The notes below the pieces were generated by a model. The model made no database searches and was not told the origin of the DNA. It was given only the letters and a program-made list of their open reading frames with translations. This document shows positions 1 to 8,561 of a DNA stretch of 64,000 nt, piece by piece. Origin of the DNA: Candidatus Caldarchaeum sp. (GTDB taxonomy: Archaea; Thermoproteota; Nitrososphaeria_A; Caldarchaeales; Caldarchaeaceae); assembly GCA_038844785.1 (NCBI GenBank), contig JAWBRA010000004.1, positions 12,225 through 76,224 of the forward strand, written 5' to 3'. Positions within the stretch are counted from its first letter, which is position 1, and each line of letters starts with the position of its first letter. The position numbers were made by a program, and so were the translations under genes.

Positions 1-7
1 GTTTAGA

Positions 8-499
8 TTGGACAGGCTGTGGGCGCCTTGGAGAATGAGCTACATAAAGTCGTCGAAAAAAGAGCATGGATGCATATTCTGCGAAGCTGTTAAAACCACT
101 GACGACAGATCCAAATATGTTGTCCACCGTGGTAGCTCTGCTTTAATCATGATGAACCTATACCCTTACAACAACGGCCACCTAATGGTTTCACCTTTCC
201 GCCATATTCCATCCCTAGAGGACATGTCGGACAACGAAATGCTGGAGGTCATGAAGCTGTTGAAGCTGGCTATAGAGCTGACTAAGAAGGTTTTGAACCC
301 TGAGGGCTACAACATAGGGGTCAACTTGGGGAGGTCTGCTGGCGCTGGGATAGAAGACCACATCCACTTTCACGTCGTGCCTAGATGGAGCGGTGACACC
401 AACTTCATGACTACCCTGTCGGAAACGAGGGTCCTTCCTGAAACCATCGACCAAACGTATAACAGGCTTTTGGAGGCTAAGTCCGGTTTAAGCGTGTAG
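8..499 (+). CDS. HIT-family nucleotide hydrolase/phosphorylase
   Basis: LWAPWR N-terminus, CIFC, and HIHFH histidine triad followed by VVPRW. Confidence 0.92.
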   Translation: MDRLWAPWRMSYIKSSKKEHGCIFCEAVKTTDDRSKYVVHRGSSALIMMNLYPYNNGHLMVSPFRHIPSLEDMSDNEMLEVMKLLKLAIELTKKVLNPEGYNIGVNLGRSAGAGIEDHIHFHVVPRWSGDTNFMTTLSETRVLPETIDQTYNRLLEAKSGLSV

Positions 500-1481
500 C
501 GACATCCAGATAATAACGGCTCGAAGGGTTGGCGAGAAGGACAACCCTGCTTACATCATCCTCAACAACTTTCTTAAAGCCTATTAAGCCAGCAAGGTTT
601 TCAGCGAACACCCCTATCTCTTCAACGGATGGCATGTTTGTCTTCTGGAGCCTTAGCTGCGACTCGCCCACATGTGTATAGCCCTTGCATTCTACAAAGT
701 CTGGTGAGGCCAGCTTGATGAGGTCGGCATATTTTTCAGGGCAGTGCATGTTGACGTTCTTGACTAGGGTGAGCCGTATTACCTTCCTGCAGGAGAACTT
801 AGCCATCAGCTCCAGGGATTTGAGCAGCCTCTCCCAGCTGTCTGGAATGAGCGGTTTACATGTCTTAACATGAGTCTCTTTATCTGGTCCGTAGAGGCTT
901 ATGTAGAGAGATGTAGGCTGAGCTTTTTGGATAAGCTCTTCAAGCCTCTCCGGCATCGTTCCGTTTGTTACAAGGAAAGTGGTCATACCCCTGTTGGAAG
1001 CCTCCTGTATGAGGTCGGCGAGATATGGGTAGAGAGTTGGCTCCCCGTCCAGCGAAATCGCTAAATGCTTTGGCGTCATAGCCTCATTAAACATCTGTTT
1101 TGATACTTTGGGGTTGCCGCCGAAGCCTGACAAAAGCTGGCGTTGTTCAGCGATAATCATGTCCAGGAGCTTAGAAGGCTCTTCCCAGCCGCCGTCGAAA
1201 GGCTGAACCCTGTTGAGAGTATGGAAACGCCAGCAGAAGACGCACATCATGTTGCAGTACTGCAGCGATGGAGTCATCTGGATACATCTGTGGCTTTCTA
1301 TCCCGTACCAGCTCTTGTAGCACATCTTTCCCCCGCGCAAAGCGGACTTCGTCCAGTGGCATACTTTGACGGCTGAATGATTTCCCACTATCCTGTATCC
1401 CGCCTGCTTAAACTTCTCAACCTGCTTCACTTCTTTTCGGAAGGGTTTCTCGACTCTAGCGACCTCAATCGTCTGAGCCAT
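477..1481 (-). CDS. taw1: 4-demethylwyosine synthase Taw1/Tyw1 (radical SAM)
   Basis: HSAVKVCHW, YGIESHRCIQMTP, CxxxCxxC (CNMMCVFC), AISLDGEPTLY; start at ATG 1481 or TTG 1487. Confidence 0.93.
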   Translation of the reverse strand: MAQTIEVARVEKPFRKEVKQVEKFKQAGYRIVGNHSAVKVCHWTKSALRGGKMCYKSWYGIESHRCIQMTPSLQYCNMMCVFCWRFHTLNRVQPFDGGWEEPSKLLDMIIAEQRQLLSGFGGNPKVSKQMFNEAMTPKHLAISLDGEPTLYPYLADLIQEASNRGMTTFLVTNGTMPERLEELIQKAQPTSLYISLYGPDKETHVKTCKPLIPDSWERLLKSLELMAKFSCRKVIRLTLVKNVNMHCPEKYADLIKLASPDFVECKGYTHVGESQLRLQKTNMPSVEEIGVFAENLAGLIGFKKVVEDDVSRVVLLANPSSRYYLDVATRLNRT

Positions 1482-1682
1482 TCCCAAACCGTTAAGAAAT
1501 CCGACCCATTAAAAAAGGTTGAGAAAATACATGACTAAAAACCGTCTCTGGAGCGAAGGGGAGGAGAAAACACTTCAGTCCTCAATATTTATAAATAGGC
1601 GTCCAGAAGCACCTTTTTTCCTGTAAACGGTTTGTGTTTTCAACGGAAATTGAAGGTAGGGAAAAATAGGGGGGAGGTTTGG

Positions 1683-1770
1683 CTGGAGGCAACCAGCATG
1701 ACAACACTTGAGGCAAAACGTGTTGGAAACCCAAGCGACCTAACACTGGAGGCAACCAGCATGACAACAC
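1683..1770. repeat. 25-bp direct repeat (CTGGAGGCAACCAGCATGACAACAC), 2 copies 38 bp apart
   Basis: Exact copies at 1683-1707 and 1746-1770. Confidence 0.95.
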
Positions 1771-1911
1771 CTAAGAACCCCCAAAGAAGAGAGAGGCCGG
1801 TATGTTAAATACATAGTCATGTATGGGATTGTGAGACCCATACATGTTAAAGGCTTTGTCATACCGGCTTGGGGTTTTTCTCTGCTGTCTATGGTGGTAT
1901 GACCTCCAGCC
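1746..1911 (-). ncRNA. Candidate structured RNA at the downstream end of the IS110-like element (bridge/seek-RNA-like)
   Basis: 9-bp stem 1796-1804/1860-1868, symmetric 13x13 internal loop, 10-bp stem 1818-1827/1837-1846; imperfect outer pairing 1776-1784/1869-1876 and 1746-1770/1883-1909. Confidence 0.5.
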
Positions 1912-2431
1912 TCTCTCCTGACAGCCTCTCTGATTCTTCTTATCGTTTGTTCCTCGTCTTTGGCCTTTATCCCTGTTCCTCCTTTTGATACCATCGTCAG
2001 ACGCTGTAGCGTTTTTCGGAGATGTCCGTTGAATATCTTCGGTTTTCCGCTTTTCCTGTCTACCTTGTACAGTCTGAGGTAGTCTTTGATTTTTCTTATA
2101 AGTCTATGTATGTCATAAGCTCGGCTAAAGATTCTCTCGCCATCAGATGGTTATCTCCCCCGATTCCCAGAGCCTCGACAACCCTATTGTAGGCGGGTAT
2201 CCTTTTACCCGCCTCAGAGACTATAATCTCCGCCATTTTAGTCATCTTCTCCTCCAAAGACTTGACAGCATCTTTCAAGACCTCTCTTTCAACTCCGCTT
2301 AAAGCCCTCATCCTGTTCAACACGCTTCGACAGCTCTTAAACAGGCCCCTATACCCGCAGGTTAATCTACGCATAACAAGGATGTCTTCATTGACCTCTT
2401 TGAACCCTCTGCTCTCCAAAGCCATCAACAC
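1889..2431 (-). mobile_element. IS110-family-like transposase/recombinase remnant (5'-truncated, frameshifted)
   Basis: ORF 2096-2431 continues after a frameshift near 2098 as IRKIKDYLRLYKVDRKSGKPKIFNGHLRKTLQRL, matching the IS110 C-terminal pattern Y-x-G-L...SG...GN-x-x-LR-x-x-L; N-terminal DEDD domain absent. Confidence 0.65.
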
Positions 2432-2701
2432 CTAGAATATCCCTATGGGTTGAAGACGGAACACCACATTTCAGCTATGGGAAGCCTCTGTTTATTCCAT
2501 CAGGCCGTCAGCCAAATTATGACAGGAGATATTGTAGAAAATGCTGTCAAACCTTCTCCAACAGGGATAAACACCCCAACTACAACAGAATACTAAGGAA
2601 AAAACCAAGAAAAAAGAGAAAAAGAGCGTCTCAGAGCTTTTAACAAGCCCTTTAGGAACTTCCGTAGGCTTTGCAGAACCTGTTGGTGGAGACAGCTGGC
2701 G

Positions 2702-2902
2702 ATGTATTTCGGTGCTGTTCCGGTAGTAAGCGATCACTTCGCCATGCCTGAAATAGTGGGTGACGCCGGTGTCGTGGTAAAGTGCCTAACAGGCTCTGGA
2801 ACGACGATGGAACTCACAACTGGGAGTTTAAGAAAAAGCTGGACGAAGGGCCTTACGAGGAGTTGGTGGAAAGGATTGTGGACGTGGTTCACGTGCTCTT
2901 AG
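2702..2902 (+). pseudogene. Glycosyltransferase (GT4-like) C-terminal fragment
   Basis: AMYFGAVPVVSDHFAMPEIVGDAGVVV matches the GT-B donor-binding motif EAM-x-x-G-x-PVV-x-S-x-x-x-x-x-x-EIV; no intact upstream frame. Confidence 0.65.
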
Positions 2903-2967
2903 ACGACGATTACTGGGAAAATCTTTCCGTCAAACCCATAAATCGAGCAATCTTTTAAAAGAAACTG

Positions 2968-3852
2968 ATGCGGGTTGCTGTGGTGGGGGCCCTCACAATA
3001 GACATCACACACGGTAAAACCTGCATTATCGGGGGCCCACCTTGGTATGCGGGCACAGCTGTACATGCTTTGAGAGCCGACGCCGTGCTATACTCAGCAG
3101 TGGGAGGGGATTTTCCAGACGATTTCATGCTGAAACTGGCGGAAGCTGGGCTTGACACCTCTAACGTCATAAAAGTTGAGGATGCCAGCAGCTATGTCTT
3201 CGAACCCGTTTTTAAAGACGGGGTGAGGGTTCTTAGGCTAGTCTCACAAGGCCCTCCGCTCCCTCAAAACATTCTCGAAAACGTGGACACCGAAGCTGTG
3301 ATAGTTTCGCCCGTGTTCAAAGAGGTTGGGAAAGAACATGTTATGCAACTTCGGTCGAGGACAGAGGTTTTGTCAGTGGATCTGCAAGGTTTTCTGAGGC
3401 AGCGGGACAGCAACGACTACATATTTTTACGCGGTCTTACGTTAACTGAAATATTCAGGGTGGCGGATGTAATCCATTGTTCAGCTGAGGAGGCGGTTGC
3501 CTTGACCGGCCGCGAAAATGTTTTGGATGCTGCCTCTGCCTTGGCGAAGCTAGGGGCGAAAAACTGTTTGGTCGGTTTTACGGATGGGCTTCTCCTCACA
3601 GACTCCCGAAGTTTATCGCTCATTGAGGTAGTTGAACCAGTCATTACGGACGAAGGAACAGGCGCCGGAGACATACTTACTGGCGCGTTCACCACGTTGT
3701 CTGCGGCTGGAACACCTCCTGAAGAAGCTGGCGTTAAAGCCTTGGAGGTTGTCGCGCGCTCACTCAAGAATCCGCCGCCTGACCGTGTTCCCAAAGACTT
3801 GGAGCTCACTGGAAAGCTTTGCCGCGTTGTCTGGAGGAAATCTCTCGCCTAG
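2968..3852 (+). CDS. PfkB/ribokinase-family carbohydrate kinase
   Basis: N-terminal VVGALTID...GGPP and C-terminal GTGAGD anion-hole motif. Confidence 0.88.
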   Translation: MRVAVVGALTIDITHGKTCIIGGPPWYAGTAVHALRADAVLYSAVGGDFPDDFMLKLAEAGLDTSNVIKVEDASSYVFEPVFKDGVRVLRLVSQGPPLPQNILENVDTEAVIVSPVFKEVGKEHVMQLRSRTEVLSVDLQGFLRQRDSNDYIFLRGLTLTEIFRVADVIHCSAEEAVALTGRENVLDAASALAKLGAKNCLVGFTDGLLLTDSRSLSLIEVVEPVITDEGTGAGDILTGAFTTLSAAGTPPEEAGVKALEVVARSLKNPPPDRVPKDLELTGKLCRVVWRKSLA

Positions 3853-4087
3853 CCTTCGAAAAAGCAAACCTAGCTTTAGAGGTAAGCCTAGGATATTTTT
3901 GTCTAAGCGCTGACTCAACTATTTTAGCCAGCTCGTCACTTATGCTGTACCTAGGTATAACGTTTTTTCTGTAGTTCAAGATTGCGGCTGCTAACGGCGA
4001 GTAGAAGGCCAGCCTCGGCTGCTTTAGAGCTTGCTTCACTGCTTCTCGCAGTTTTTTCTCATCTATCTCTTCTTTCTGTTTTTTCAT
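3806..4087 (-). CDS. Small basic protein, possible ribbon-helix-helix-like DNA-binding protein
   Basis: ATG start, TATA-like CTTATAA about 25 bp upstream, strand-helix-helix pattern (RLAFYS / SISDELAKIVESAL), Lys/Arg rich. Confidence 0.6.
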   Translation of the reverse strand: MKKQKEEIDEKKLREAVKQALKQPRLAFYSPLAAAILNYRKNVIPRYSISDELAKIVESALRQKYPRLTSKARFAFSKARREISSRQRGKAFQ

Positions 4088-4143
4088 GATTATTTGGTTT
4101 AATTTTTACCTTATAACGTTTACCTCTTCTTAGCAAATTTTCG

Positions 4144-4163
4144 TTGTTCGAAAAATCGAACAA
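4144..4163. promoter_or_regulatory. Perfect palindrome TTGTTCGA-AAAA-TCGAACAA, candidate operator
   Basis: 8-4-8 inverted repeat between TATA-like boxes at about 4110 and 4173. Confidence 0.55.
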
Positions 4164-4487
4164 AGTATGAGATTAAATAGGAAGGCGTTAATTCAACCAA
4201 GACCGCATCTCAAGGGAGACCGAGTTATTTCCTCTTTGATAAGTAAACGGAGGTTGTTTTAGGTGGTTTTCAGCGGCTATAGAAGCGGGATAACACCCCC
4301 AGAGTCCACTTAAAGCAGGTTCAAGTAAGCAAATCGGTTTTGGGTATCGGACAGTTGGATGAATAATTCGATGCTTGTTTAGTTAACTTTTTGGGTCCGA
4401 AGCCTGTCTTTCCCTAGGCGTTTTAAAAATAAAACAAGGAGCTTTACCTCCGTTAGGCAGTGTATGTTCTGGTAAAAGGTAAAAGTT

Positions 4488-4865
4488 TTACGCCGAAGAC
4501 CTGTCAGCTATATGTTTGACGAATCTTTCTGGACGAAGTCGTTGGACCACAGCCTCGAAGGCTTTCTCCGGCTCTGACTCCTCTCCGCAAGTGTATATGT
4601 CGACTGTGGCGTACCGGTATTGGTGCCAGGTGTGGATGGCTATGTGGCTTTCCTTCACCAAAGCTATGACGGAAACGCCTCCCTTCTCCCCTCCGAACTT
4701 CCACGACCTGATCGAGACAAGCGTCATCTTGGAAATGTTGACTGCGTCCAAGACGGTCTGTCTGAGGAACTTCTGGTCTTTGAGCAGGTTTTCTGGACAT
4801 CCATAAAGGTTGCCGAAGACGTGTTTACCGACAATCTGCTTTTGAATTGCTTTGCTTTCCAGCAT
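4488..4865 (-). CDS. speH: Pyruvoyl-dependent S-adenosylmethionine (or arginine) decarboxylase proenzyme
   Basis: GKHVFGNLYGC, GGVSVIALVKESHIAIHTW (E-SH autocleavage site), DIYTCG. Confidence 0.9.
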   Translation of the reverse strand: MLESKAIQKQIVGKHVFGNLYGCPENLLKDQKFLRQTVLDAVNISKMTLVSIRSWKFGGEKGGVSVIALVKESHIAIHTWHQYRYATVDIYTCGEESEPEKAFEAVVQRLRPERFVKHIADRSSA

Positions 4866-5074
4866 CGCTTACTCTACTTACCTCGCTCGTTTTCAAAAAA
4901 TCATAACTTATAAAGTGTTTGCTTGAAGAAGATTTGACTTCATAGAAATTCACCAATTTTTGTCGGCTGACTAATTTTTTTACCTGAAAAATACGCCGAG
5001 TTACTGATTGTACAGCGATGCAAAATTTTGGCCATCGAAAAAGCTAATTTACCTGTCTTTTACATCAGTGTTTG

Positions 5075-5515
5075 ATGCGAACACCTGAGCCTGGTGTGTA
5101 CAGCAGGGGGGAGCTGAGCTTCACAACTCTGTTTGACTCCGTTTTGAAAGAGGTTTCAGACGGATCATGCGGTGCAGCAGCTTTTTTTGTGGGGATCGTG
5201 AAAAGACGTGGAAGAGGTGTCAAAGATGTGGAGAGCCTTTACATGGAATCCTATCATGAGCATGCGAACAAGGCATTGAGAAAACTGTGCGAGGAAGTGA
5301 AAGCAGAATATGGTTTACGGTTTCTTGGAGTCTGGCATTTGGTCGGCAGCTTCGCAGTCGGAGAGGCTGTGGTGATGGCGGCCGCAGCGGGGGGGAGCAG
5401 GGAAGAGGTTTTCAGGGGCTTGAGATTAGCCGTCGAAAGATACAAAAGAGAGCCTGCCCTTTTCAAAAAGGAAGTCTACGTCGACGGCTCTGGAGCCTGG
5501 CTTGAAGGGGCATGA
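5075..5515 (+). CDS. moaE: Molybdopterin synthase catalytic subunit
   Basis: GAAAFFVGIVK, H-x-x-G-x-x-x-VGE, FKKEVYVDGSGAW; next to MoaD. Confidence 0.88.
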   Translation: MRTPEPGVYSRGELSFTTLFDSVLKEVSDGSCGAAAFFVGIVKRRGRGVKDVESLYMESYHEHANKALRKLCEEVKAEYGLRFLGVWHLVGSFAVGEAVVMAAAAGGSREEVFRGLRLAVERYKREPALFKKEVYVDGSGAWLEGA

Positions 5516-5796
5516 AAATACAGACTAGGTATTTTGCATTCATGAGGGAGAAACTCGGCAGGGATTCCGAGGAGTTTGAACTACATGAAGGCGCAACCGT
5601 CCAAGATTTCATAGAAGTTTTCAAAGCTAAGTATGCCGAAAAGCTCAGCGACCTGTTTGAAGCAGAAGGTCTAAAGACTGGTTTTGCACTAGCATTGAAT
5701 GGTGAAAACCTCGATAAGCCACGCTGGCGTCAAACGAAGCTGAAGGAAGGTGATGTAGTGGTTATCCTTCCGCCTATTGCTGGAGGGTTTACCTGA
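5512..5796 (+). CDS. moaD: MoaD/SAMP ubiquitin-like sulfur carrier with GG followed by FT
   Basis: MKIQTRYFA...LKEGDVVVILPPIAGG-FT; ATGA overlap with moaE. Confidence 0.88.
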   Translation: MKIQTRYFAFMREKLGRDSEEFELHEGATVQDFIEVFKAKYAEKLSDLFEAEGLKTGFALALNGENLDKPRWRQTKLKEGDVVVILPPIAGGFT

Positions 5797-6307
5797 AGCT
5801 GGGAAGCCTAACACCCCTCTGGCCCTGATATCTCCCGCTGTAGGGTTTCTCTACTATCGACGAGAGACGGGCAAAGACAACGTGGAGAAATCTATCGCCG
5901 CTGTACAGCCTAACGGGAAAATCTCCGCCCACTATCTCTATCGTCAACTCCCCCTCAAAGTTTGCGTCAATGATTGTGGGTGGGATTGTGAGCCCTATGC
6001 GGGCGTAGCTGCTCCGAAGGTTTACGAACCCCATCAAATCCTTCGGCAACGCAAGGTACTCCTGCGTATGGAGTAGAACATGTTCCCGCGGGTTTATTAA
6101 GAACGAATCACCTTCCTCGAAGAAGTAGAAATCGGCTGCGGAAGAGGTTTTCGTGTCGAAGATTTTGTCGTTTTTGTTAAACCTGGCGACCTGCCGTCCT
6201 ATCCTGAGGTCTAACCCGTTCTCCCTTACGATGTCTTCGCTGAAAGGCTCTATCTTCAGCCTCCCGCTTCTGATGTAGTTCCACAGGTCGAAGTCTGACA
6301 GAATCAT
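5789..6307 (-). CDS. dcd: dCTP deaminase
   Basis: MILSD, DLRIG, RSSYARIGL, IDANFEGELTIE, YSGRYQGQRG. Confidence 0.9.
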   Translation of the reverse strand: MILSDFDLWNYIRSGRLKIEPFSEDIVRENGLDLRIGRQVARFNKNDKIFDTKTSSAADFYFFEEGDSFLINPREHVLLHTQEYLALPKDLMGFVNLRSSYARIGLTIPPTIIDANFEGELTIEIVGGDFPVRLYSGDRFLHVVFARLSSIVEKPYSGRYQGQRGVRLPSFR

Positions 6308-6329
6308 AGGAGGGCTACGGCAAGCCCAT

Positions 6330-7112
6330 TTATATCTCTATGAAAGCCATGTCCTTGGCTATGATCAGCTTCTCGAGACCAAGGTTTTCCAGAGCTTTCT
6401 TAATCCTGTCCTCCCGCCCCTGCCATGCTGGGTAGAGATGGGTTACAATCAGCACTCTCGGCATTATCTTGGAAACGATGGTCGCTAGCAGTTTTTCAGA
6501 GGTGTGTTTTCCTAACAATTTCTCGTGGGGGAAGCTGCACTCATGTATGAGTATGTCGCAGCCGCGGGCGAGCTTTACCAACCTATCGTCAGGGATTGTA
6601 TCCCCCGAGTAGACAACCGACCCCTCGGTTGTTTCAAAGCGGTAGGCTATGCCGTTGTAGTGCTCAACCTCAGCTGAAGAAACTTTCACCTGCATCAAAT
6701 GCCACGAATCTCCGTCAGCCATTTCCTTCACGGAAGTATACCTTAGACAGCCCATAGTTTTAGAGAGGTATGAGAATGCATCTATATCGACCGCTATGTT
6801 TTGGATAAGTCTTGCGAGTCCGCGGGGGCCGATGAGCCGGAGGGGTTTTGGACTTGGTGACGGGCTGCCGTCGACATCGTACGCCCAAAGCATCAAAAGT
6901 GGAAATAGGTCGGAGACATGGTCTAGGTGGAAATGAGATATAAAAACTGCGTGGAGGTCTTGAGGCTTCTTTCCTAAGCGCCTCAACTTCTCCAGAACTC
7001 CGGGTCCAGGGTCTATCAGAAAGCTTACGCTTGAGGACTCAGCATAGACGCCGCTTCCAAACCTGTCCTCTGTGGGTACAATACTGCCTGAGCCGAGGAC
7101 GATGATTTTCAA
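6330..7112 (-). CDS. Metallo-beta-lactamase-fold hydrolase (RNase Z-like)
   Basis: LGSG, SHFHLDH, YSGDT, LIHECS, KHT, THLY motifs. Confidence 0.85.
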   Translation of the reverse strand: MKIIVLGSGSIVPTEDRFGSGVYAESSSVSFLIDPGPGVLEKLRRLGKKPQDLHAVFISHFHLDHVSDLFPLLMLWAYDVDGSPSPSPKPLRLIGPRGLARLIQNIAVDIDAFSYLSKTMGCLRYTSVKEMADGDSWHLMQVKVSSAEVEHYNGIAYRFETTEGSVVYSGDTIPDDRLVKLARGCDILIHECSFPHEKLLGKHTSEKLLATIVSKIMPRVLIVTHLYPAWQGREDRIKKALENLGLEKLIIAKDMAFIEI

Positions 7113-7639
7113 GCCGGTCTTCCCCTAGCTATGTATACTATGTGCGGTAGCTCAGGCCCGAAAATCTCTAGAGCGAGGCCGACGGCCTCAGGGGAGCCGG
7201 GCAGCGCTATGACTAGTTTTCCGTTGGCGACGCCTGCAATCGTTCTTGAAAGAGCTGCCGCTGGACCTATCCTTTTGTAGCTCTCGAGCCTGAATATCTC
7301 TCCCCAGCCGTCAAGCTCCTTTTCCAGCAAAGGGCGTAAAGCCTCCACCGTCACGTCTCTGGGGGAAACACCCGTCCCCCCTGTGACGAGGATGACGTCA
7401 AACTCTGACTCAAAGGCTTTGACGACCTTGTTCCTTATCATCCAAAGGTCGTCGTTGACAACCCCTAGGTATTCAACATCGTGTCCAAGATTTCTCAAGA
7501 TGGATACTGCTTTGTCGCCTGACTCGTCGGCGAACGGTTGGCCGCCTATTTTCTTGAAGAACCTAGAGCTGCTAGCCGTTATCACCGCTATCTTCAGTTT
7601 TTTCGGGCTTTCGTTCCTATGGTGCTCGTGTGGTTTCAT
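7109..7639 (-). CDS. moaB: Molybdopterin adenylyltransferase MoaB/MogA
   Basis: DESG, TGGTGVSPRDVTVEA, ALPGSP. Confidence 0.92.
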   Translation of the reverse strand: MKPHEHHRNESPKKLKIAVITASSSRFFKKIGGQPFADESGDKAVSILRNLGHDVEYLGVVNDDLWMIRNKVVKAFESEFDVILVTGGTGVSPRDVTVEALRPLLEKELDGWGEIFRLESYKRIGPAAALSRTIAGVANGKLVIALPGSPEAVGLALEIFGPELPHIVYIARGRPA

Positions 7640-8078
7640 CAGCCTTCACCTTAGAAACGACTTTAACGCCGTATATCTCTGTGTTTGGATATTGTCCCTG
7701 TTCGTCTTTTTCATACTGCTTCACGGCATCCCAGATGTTTAGCAATGCGAGGGATACAGCGGTTAACGCCTCCATCTCTACACCTGTTTTCTCAAACGCC
7801 ACGACCTTTACACTAACCTCGACATAGTCTTCTCCGATTTTCTCACGCACTTCTACATTTTCCAGCTTCAGCTGATGGCATAGGGGTAGAAGCTGAGGCG
7901 TTGATTTAGCTCCTAAGATTGCGCCTAAACGGGCCAGCTGAAGTGCGTCGCCTTTCTCCAAAAACCCCTTCCTAATCCTTTCCAGCGTTTCGGGTTTGAG
8001 CTTTATTCTGCCCACTGCCGTGGCCTCCCTCCTCTGCACTGGTTTTCCAGAGACGTCAACCTGTTTAAGGCTCAACAA
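7617..8078 (-). CDS. moaC: Cyclic pyranopterin monophosphate synthase
   Basis: VDVSGK...REATAVG, LLPLCH, KTGVEMEALTAV. Confidence 0.95.
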   Translation of the reverse strand: MLSLKQVDVSGKPVQRREATAVGRIKLKPETLERIRKGFLEKGDALQLARLGAILGAKSTPQLLPLCHQLKLENVEVREKIGEDYVEVSVKVVAFEKTGVEMEALTAVSLALLNIWDAVKQYEKDEQGQYPNTEIYGVKVVSKVKADETTRAP

Positions 8079-8123
8079 ACCACCATCTTTTCAGACGTTA
8101 TGTTGGGAATAAAGCATTATCTC

Positions 8124-8561
8124 TTACACGCGCCTACCCCTGCGGCCTCCTTTCTTCCTGACACTGTCGTGAGGGATAGGGGTTACGTCCTCTATACGTC
8201 CTATAGACACGCCAGACCTTGCAATAGTCCTGATGGCGGCTTGTGTGGCTGGTCCAGGAGTCCTTGACTTAACTCCTCCCGGAGCTCTGACTAGAATGTG
8301 TACGGCGTTTATCCCCGCCGCTTTCGCCGCCTCCATAATATATGCAGCCGCCCGCATGCCTGCGTAAGGCGTAGGCTCAAGCCTGCCAGCGTCCACAAAC
8401 ATCCCTCCAGAGGCCTTAGCTATCGTTTCAGCCCCAGTCAAATCCGTTAGATGTACTATGATGTTGTTGTAGGATGAATATATGTGGACGATGCCCCATT
8501 TCTGCTGTGTTTTATGCTCGGCGGCCTGTTTCTGTCCCTGCGGTTGGCTCTCCTCAGCCAT
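8124..8561 (-). CDS. rps11: 30S ribosomal protein uS11
   Basis: [34 protein letters not shown]. Confidence 0.97.
   Translation of the reverse strand: MAEESQPQGQKQAAEHKTQQKWGIVHIYSSYNNIIVHLTDLTGAETIAKASGGMFVDAGRLEPTPYAGMRAAAYIMEAAKAAGINAVHILVRAPGGVKSRTPGPATQAAIRTIARSGVSIGRIEDVTPIPHDSVRKKGGRRGRRV

Noticed and set aside
1640-1680. ORB-like origin motif (CAACGGAAATTGAAGG plus G-run), with another weak one near 4295-4312
   Set aside because: Single weak matches, not repeated, and no cdc6/orc1 in the window
1683-1770. CRISPR mini-array (25-bp repeat, 38-bp spacer)
   Set aside because: Only two units, no cas genes in the window, no GAAA(C/G)-type end, and the unit is better explained by complementarity to the IS end
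1582-1994. ORFs 1582-1770 and 1740-1994 as independent genes
   Set aside because: They run through repeats and the hairpin; only the start of the second is transposase sequence
2492-2737. 81-aa minus-strand ORF with a hydrophobic stretch
   Set aside because: The hydrophobicity comes from an A-rich tract on the other strand, inside a decayed region
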